Positions 62,811 to 64,000 of a stretch of DNA of 64,000 bases are shown in pieces. The stretch's first letter is position 1. Every line of letters starts with the position of its first letter. The notes beneath the pieces were generated by a model. That model saw only the letters and a list, made by a program, of their open reading frames with translations, did no database searches and was not told the DNA's origin. The position numbers and the translations under genes were made by a program. Source of the DNA: Octopus sinensis. Lineage: Eukaryota. The stretch covers positions 164,548,001 through 164,612,000 of the forward strand of contig NC_043000.1 of assembly GCF_006345805.1 (NCBI RefSeq), given 5' to 3'.

Positions 62811-63060
62811 TTTACATTCAACGGATATTAGTCTTCATCTCGTTTGTTGTTAACACAACCTTTCGGCTGATATACCCTCCAGCCTTCTTCAGGTGTCTTG
62901 GGGAAATTTCAAACCTGGGTTCTCATTCCAAAGATACTTTTTGATGTTATTATTATTATTGTTCAGGTCACTGCATGGAATCGAACTCGGAATCATGGGA
63001 TTAGTAACCTGCGCTCTTAACCACTACGCCATATGCCCACGGGCATATGGCGTAGTGGTT
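62811..63060 (-). mobile_element. tRNA-headed hammerhead SINE (copy 2) with a 20-bp 5' inverted duplication
   Basis: Colinear with 4316-4650. A box, B box GTTCGATTCC, short (TAA)n. 63019-63038 is the exact reverse complement of 63041-63060. Confidence 0.85.
62852..62897 (-). ncRNA. Minimal hammerhead motif (copy 2)
   Basis: GACAC-CUGAAGA-A-GGCUGG-aggguaua-UCAGCC-GAAA-GG-UU-GUGUU: fully paired stem II, N7=A (the variable position), stem III C changed to G. Confidence 0.65.
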
Positions 63061-63374
63061 TAATACAGTATTTAGCTATAGTAAGGTTCAATTGTATGGG
63101 CTTCTGTTGATAGTCTTGCGTATTTCTAATGTATTCCGGATGTGTTTTCCCATGTTGATTTCTAAGACTTGGTCAACGTTTTTCAAGTGATAAAGAACTG
63201 AAGGAAACAATTATATTGATTCCAGAATTTAACTGGAATATTTATATATTTTATTGACTCCAAGATGGTTGAAAGTGAATTTGACCTCAAGAGTAGTGGA
63301 ATTACATCTGAAGTCAAATTTAAATTCAGCATATAAAGCATTGTAATTAAATAATATAATGTAATTACTACAAA

Positions 63375-63990
63375 TAATGGTTTCAAATTTTGGCACAAAG
63401 CCAACAATTTTGGGGGAGGAGCAAGTCAATTGCATCAACCCCCCACCCACCCCTACCGTGCTCAACTGGTACTTTTTTTATTGACTCTGAAAGGATAAAT
63501 CCTAGTGGCATTTGAACTCAGAATGTAAAGATGGATGAAATTCTGCTAAGCACTTTTTGCCTGGCGACTTTTCCAGCTCACTGTCTTTTAACTACAAATG
63601 ATAATAACATTCCTTTCTATTAAGGGCACAAGTCTTGAAATTTTTTGGGTGGGGACTAGCCAATTACATTAACTCCAGTGTTCAACTGGTACTTACTTCA
63701 TCAACCCCAAAAGGATGAAAGATGAGGGTTACCTAGGCAGAAGCATTTTGTCCAGTGTGCTAATGATTCTGTCAGCTCACCATTAATCGTTTTAATTTTG
63801 GCACAAGGTCAGCAAATTTGGGGCAGGGGAATGTTAGTTGATTACATCAACCCCAGGGCTCAACTGGTAGTTACTTTGTCGACCCTGAAAGGATTGAAAA
63901 GTAAAGTTGACCTCCATGGAATTTGAACTCAGCATGTTAAGAACTGGAAGAAATGCCATCTGGTGTGCTAATGATTCTGCCAGCTTGCCA
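63375..63990 (-). mobile_element. Three adjacent old SINE family A-related copies
   Basis: Three repeats of AATTT..GGG...CATCAACCCC...TCAACTGGTA...GAAAGGAT...CCAGCT, two of them with TTTGAACTCAG. Confidence 0.78.
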
Positions 63991-64000
63991 AAGAAGAAGA

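Overview
AT-rich, microsatellite-dense eukaryotic DNA made up mostly of transposable-element remnants. The SINE, LINE and mariner repertoire resembles a cephalopod (Octopus-like) genome; this is an inference from recall, not a search. No complete host gene is recognisable, only a few candidate short exons near a CpG-richer zone at about 19.5-24 kb. Recognisable elements: three large CR1/L2-group LINE pieces (EN+RT or RT only), RTE, R4/Dong-like and HERO/NeSL-like non-LTR remnants, a decayed Gypsy gag-protease, several Tc1/mariner elements and MITEs, two non-autonomous Helitrons and several tRNA-derived SINE families. The most notable signal is non-coding: six minimal hammerhead-ribozyme-like motifs from several unrelated small repeats. 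Two copies, 58 kb apart, belong to a tRNA-headed (Pol III A/B box) SINE that carries a hammerhead near its 3' end and a short inverted duplication at its 5' end, the signature expected for mobilisation by Penelope-like elements. Several perfect or near-perfect inverted duplications also sit beside (TA)n tracts. Boundaries of decayed repeats are approximate.
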